Origin: Synechococcales cyanobacterium S06 | GTDB lineage: Bacteria; Cyanobacteriota; Cyanobacteriia; Cyanobacteriales; JAABRE01 | Length of the DNA stretch: 64,000 nt | Reading direction: 5' to 3' | NCBI GenBank assembly: GCA_011391125.1 | Contig: JAABRE010000007.1 | Coordinates: 30,660 to 94,659 of the forward strand | Shown: one piece after another, positions 60,050 to 64,000 of the stretch | Layout of the letters: each line of letters begins with the position of its first letter | How positions within the stretch are numbered: the first letter of the stretch is position 1 | The notes under the pieces: generated by a model | Databases searched by the model: none | What the model was told of the DNA's origin: nothing | Seen by the model: only the letters and a program-made list of their open reading frames with translations | Made by a program: the position numbers and the translations under genes

Positions 60050-60326
60050 CTCAGGTAGATAATGCTTATATTCGTTATTAAGGAGGAGTTTTTATCTTGC
60101 CGATTTGGGAAAAATTCCGCACAAAAATTAAAGGAGTTAAAACGGCAAAATTAATATCAAAATAATTACTAAAAAAGTATAGGGATTAGGAGATTAAAAA
60201 TATGGGACAAGTATTTTGAAAATAATAAAAATTTGCCTAAGAATTTTTCTTGCTTTCAGCAATGGATAACAAGAGAAAATATATCTTATCAAGATAATAT
60301 ATTTAAAAATCCGAGGAATTAAAATA

Positions 60327-61514
60327 ATGAAAATTTGTTTATTTTGGGCGACTGTATATTCAGGAAATATGGGAGTTAATGCACTAACCTATTCAGCTTT
60401 AGTGTATTTAGACGAGTTATCTCAAATGATTAATCAGAACTTTGAATACACCTTAATTGGTACAGGAAAAAATCAGATTATTAAAGATAAAATAGAGCTA
60501 AATTGCCGAGAACTAGATTTTAATTTTTATCCCATATATGGCTATAATAATAGAACGGCTTTACTAAAACCTAAATCTTTATCATTTTATCAAGCCGTTA
60601 AAGAAGCAGACTTAATTATAGATTTAGGAGAGGGTGATAGTTTTACTGATATATATGGTAATGATAGATTTAAAAAGTTATTTATAACTAAATTGTATTG
60701 CTTATTGTTAAGGAAAAAGGTAGTTTTATTTCCGCAAACAATCGGTCCTTTTAATCAAAAATGGAATCGGTTATTAGCTAATTTTATTATGGCAAAAATG
60801 AAGGCTATTTACGTCCGTGATGACTTAAGTTATGACTATTGTCGTCAGAACCTTCCTCATTACAATTCTTTAAAAAAATATACAGATTTAGCTTTTAATT
60901 TACCTTTTGATAAAGTAGATTTTGATAATGGAAATATTAACATTGGTCTGAATATTTCAGCTTTACTCTGGAACGGAGGTTATAATAAAAATAACCAGTT
61001 TGCTTTGCAAGTGAATTATCCAAAAATGATCACCAATATTCTTGATTTATTAAATCAGAAAAATAATTGTTTGATTCATTTGGTTTCCCATGTTATCAGT
61101 CCATCATTTCCCATCGAAAATGATTATGAAGTTTGTAAGAAATTGCAATTAATGTTTCCTCAGACCAGACTCGCTCCTTCTTTTTCTTCTCCAGTTAAAG
61201 CGAAAAGTTATATTAGTGGTCTAGATTTTTTTATAGGTTCAAGAATGCACTCTTGTATTGCGGCTTTATCTGCCGGAGTACCTGTTATACCTATAGCCTA
61301 TAGTAGAAAGTTTACTGGACTTTTTAACCATACTCTTGACTATCCTTATGTAGCTGATCCCACTGTCGACAATGAAGAAGATGTTATTCAATTTATTGAC
61401 AATCAACTTAATAATATTGATCAGCTTAAAGAAAGAGTAAAGATTTCAACTATTATTATTGAAAGGTATAATCAAGAATTTTTCAATGAACTAAAAGTTT
61501 TATTTACAAAATGA
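60327..61514 (+). CDS. Polysaccharide pyruvyl transferase family protein
   Basis: GNMG, GDSFTDIYG, PQTIGPF, VRDDLS, DLAF, GSRMHSCIAA and AYSRK motifs. Confidence 0.9.
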   Translation: MKICLFWATVYSGNMGVNALTYSALVYLDELSQMINQNFEYTLIGTGKNQIIKDKIELNCRELDFNFYPIYGYNNRTALLKPKSLSFYQAVKEADLIIDLGEGDSFTDIYGNDRFKKLFITKLYCLLLRKKVVLFPQTIGPFNQKWNRLLANFIMAKMKAIYVRDDLSYDYCRQNLPHYNSLKKYTDLAFNLPFDKVDFDNGNINIGLNISALLWNGGYNKNNQFALQVNYPKMITNILDLLNQKNNCLIHLVSHVISPSFPIENDYEVCKKLQLMFPQTRLAPSFSSPVKAKSYISGLDFFIGSRMHSCIAALSAGVPVIPIAYSRKFTGLFNHTLDYPYVADPTVDNEEDVIQFIDNQLNNIDQLKERVKISTIIIERYNQEFFNELKVLFTK

Positions 61515-62824
61515 TGAAAAGTGTTAAAGATGTTGATCAAGCTAATCTTTGTATAGGCTGTGGAATCTGTGAAGGTATTGCTCCCGAAAATGCCATTAAA
61601 CTTGAGTTGGGGTGTGATGGCTTTTATCATCCCCATGTTAAAAATCAAGATCAAGAACCTTGGGACAAAATTAAAAAAATTTGTCCTGGTGTAATAGTTA
61701 ATCAAGAAACAAAGCTCAATACCAAACAAGAAAAATTATGGGGGCCGATCTCCGCTTCCTGGGTAGGTTATTCAACAGATGAGGAGATTCGTTGGCAGGC
61801 TTCTTCGGGAGGAGGGATAACTGGTTTATTACAATTTTTATTAGAAAAAGGATTAGTAACTAAGGTCATTCATATTGGTAGAGCTTTATCTAATTCTTTG
61901 ACAAATACGGTATATATTAGTCGTAATCGAGAGGATATCCTCAAAAATTCGGGTTCGCGATATGCTCCAGCCGCACCTTTAACATCCATCAAAAAAATAC
62001 TAACTGATACTAATAAAACTGACAAATTTGCTTTTGTCGGAAAGCCTTGTGATGTCGCAGCTTTGAAAGCATACTTAAAGATACATGGGGAATTTCAAGA
62101 ACAAATGGTAATTCTAATTACTTTTATGTGTGCTGGTACTCCTAGTCTCAAAGGTACAGAAGCCTTAATAAAAGCTTTGGGAGTTGATCAGGAAACCGTA
62201 GAAGACTTTTGGTATCGAGGAAGAGGTTGGCCGGGGCAAGCTACAGCAATTGATAAAAACGGAAATCATTTTTCTCGCAGTTATAATGATTCTTGGGGGT
62301 CAATACTAAATAAACATTTACACTTTAGATGCAAGATTTGTCCTGATGGAATGGGTACTATGGGAGATCTTACTTTTGGAGATGCTTGGGAAGAAGAGAA
62401 TGGTTATCCTAGTTTTGAGGAACAAGAGGGAAAAAGTCTGATTATTGCTAGAAATAATAAAGGTAAAAATTTAATTGAACAGGCAGTAAATAATGGCTAT
62501 TTAAAAGTTGATAATTATTCTCTTGATCATCTTGAAAAAATTCAACCCTATCAAGCAGAAAGAAAAAAATTAATTGGTTCAAGAATCTTGGCTTTAAGAT
62601 TAACAGGACTATTCTATCCCCAATTTTCGGGATTTTATTTGAGAGAAAATTCTTTATTAGTAAGTTTAAGGGAAAATATCAACAATACAGTAGGTACTTT
62701 AGAAAGACTTAGTAGTAAAAGTAAATTCAATTATTTTGTCTTTAAAGTATTCAGTATTTTTTCTCTTATGATTCAAAAAATCGGTATAATATTAAGATAT
62801 TTTTTATCTAAACCTAAGTCTTAA
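61511..62824 (+). CDS. Coenzyme F420 hydrogenase beta-subunit-like (FrhB-like) Fe-S protein
   Basis: CIGCGIC, ASSGGGIT, GSRY, VGKPCDV, CAGTPS, YRGRGWPG and RCKICPD...DLTFGDAW motifs. Confidence 0.88.
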   Translation: MMKSVKDVDQANLCIGCGICEGIAPENAIKLELGCDGFYHPHVKNQDQEPWDKIKKICPGVIVNQETKLNTKQEKLWGPISASWVGYSTDEEIRWQASSGGGITGLLQFLLEKGLVTKVIHIGRALSNSLTNTVYISRNREDILKNSGSRYAPAAPLTSIKKILTDTNKTDKFAFVGKPCDVAALKAYLKIHGEFQEQMVILITFMCAGTPSLKGTEALIKALGVDQETVEDFWYRGRGWPGQATAIDKNGNHFSRSYNDSWGSILNKHLHFRCKICPDGMGTMGDLTFGDAWEEENGYPSFEEQEGKSLIIARNNKGKNLIEQAVNNGYLKVDNYSLDHLEKIQPYQAERKKLIGSRILALRLTGLFYPQFSGFYLRENSLLVSLRENINNTVGTLERLSSKSKFNYFVFKVFSIFSLMIQKIGIILRYFLSKPKS

Positions 62825-62854
62825 ACAGCAAAAATAAAAGCATTTAAAATAACA

Positions 62855-63889
62855 ATGAAACCTAAAGTATCAATAATTTTACCTAGTCTAAATAATAGAC
62901 AATACCTAGACAAAAGACTCCAGACAATCCTCAATCAAACTTTCACAGATTGGGAATTGATTGTTATTGATAATTACTCAGATGATGGAGCTTGGGAATT
63001 AATTGAAAAATATGCCGAACAAGAACCCAGAATGCGAATTTCTCAAGCTCCAAGGGAGGGAATGTATGTTAATTGGAATAATTGTCTGAATTTAGCTCAG
63101 GGAGAATATATTTATATTGCCACTAATGATGATGTCATGACTCCTGATTGTTTGGAGAAAATGGTAACAGGATTAGAAGACTATCCCGAATGTGATTTAT
63201 GTCATTGTTGTTTAACAATTATGGATCAAAAAGATCGGGAAATAAAAGACTTTTGGTATCAACGGCCAGCACAATTATTTTACGGTGAATTAATCCAGCA
63301 AAAACATATTCGTTTTGCCCCTTATGATGGTATTTTATATTGTGCTTTTGAAACCGTATATTTTGGTCCATTACAGTTATTAATTAGGCGATCTGTTTTT
63401 GAGAAAATCGGTTTATTTGGTACAAATTGGGGACCTGGGGCTGATTTTGAATGGGGAATGCGAGCAGCTTTGGTGTGTAATACCCTTCATATTCCTGAAG
63501 AATTAGCTTCATGGAGAATTCATCCCCAACAAGCTACTAAACATGAAGCCCATAAAACTTCAGCACAAAAAATTCACTATTTAGAGATGGTAAAATCAGC
63601 TTTACCAATTCTCGAAAAATATAACCCTGAATTTTACCAAAAGTTAAATTTAGAGAGCTTATTTTTTGTGTATAAAAGGCAAGCATTAAGGTTAGGTTTA
63701 AAAGAACAGTCAGGCCTAATTAATAAAATTAAATATGCTTTGTCTTTTCTCTCTCCTAATCCTTTTTTCTTAGTAAAATTTCTCTATAGAAGGGCATTTT
63801 TTCCCAGAAATCAAAGTGATGATTTCACTTATATTAGAAATGAGTTGAAACGATTAGGTTTAGAATATAATATTAAAGTAATTCCCTAG
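62855..63889 (+). CDS. Glycosyltransferase family 2
   Basis: VSIILP, QTFTDWELIVIDNYSDDG, NDD and ADFEW motifs. Confidence 0.92.
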   Translation: MKPKVSIILPSLNNRQYLDKRLQTILNQTFTDWELIVIDNYSDDGAWELIEKYAEQEPRMRISQAPREGMYVNWNNCLNLAQGEYIYIATNDDVMTPDCLEKMVTGLEDYPECDLCHCCLTIMDQKDREIKDFWYQRPAQLFYGELIQQKHIRFAPYDGILYCAFETVYFGPLQLLIRRSVFEKIGLFGTNWGPGADFEWGMRAALVCNTLHIPEELASWRIHPQQATKHEAHKTSAQKIHYLEMVKSALPILEKYNPEFYQKLNLESLFFVYKRQALRLGLKEQSGLINKIKYALSFLSPNPFFLVKFLYRRAFFPRNQSDDFTYIRNELKRLGLEYNIKVIP

Positions 63890-63903
63890 TTTTTGGTTTT
63901 TAA

Positions 63904-64000
63904 ATGATCATGAAAAAAATAAACATTATCGTAGTAAATAGAGGATTTGGTTTAAATAAATCAGTATCTATTTTGGCTGAAGTTTTACGAACTGCTGGTT
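63904..64000 (+). CDS. Start of the next gene of the polysaccharide locus (truncated by the window end)
   Basis: Open frame MIMKKINIIVVNRGFGLNKSVSILAEVLRTAG starting 14 bp after the GT2 stop. Confidence 0.5.
   Translation, partial: MIMKKINIIVVNRGFGLNKSVSILAEVLRTAG

Overview
AT-rich cyanobacterial chromosome segment, inferred from petN, the dnaK3-dnaJ pair, a cyanobacterial porin, a COP23 protein, many GCGATCGC HIP1 octamers and heptamer tandem repeats. Housekeeping genes (ald, rph, petN, mfd, bioF, rplS, tRNA-Trp, pstS, argD) are interleaved with accessory genes: three Uma2 nucleases, DUF433/PIN and MNT/HEPN toxin-antitoxin-like pairs, a type IIG restriction-modification enzyme, an RTX/Calx-beta protein, a multi-PAS hybrid kinase with a diguanylate cyclase, and the start of a polysaccharide locus. 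The best candidate for an undescribed system is a five-gene minus-strand operon at 6292-12267: divergent Hsp70, Zn-ribbon/TM/LysM protein, membrane-anchored TPR protein, J-like protein without HPD, and a short GrpE. The Hsp70 and the J-like protein both lack the canonical J-Hsp70 interface motifs, suggesting an insulated, envelope-linked chaperone machine. Intergenic DNA holds several families of MITE-like and GTAG-palindrome elements, with nested insertions and target-site duplications, elements that supply stop codons, and a small gene split by repeats. No CRISPR array, rRNA or intact transposase was seen. All calls come from reading the sequence and recognising motifs; no searches were run.
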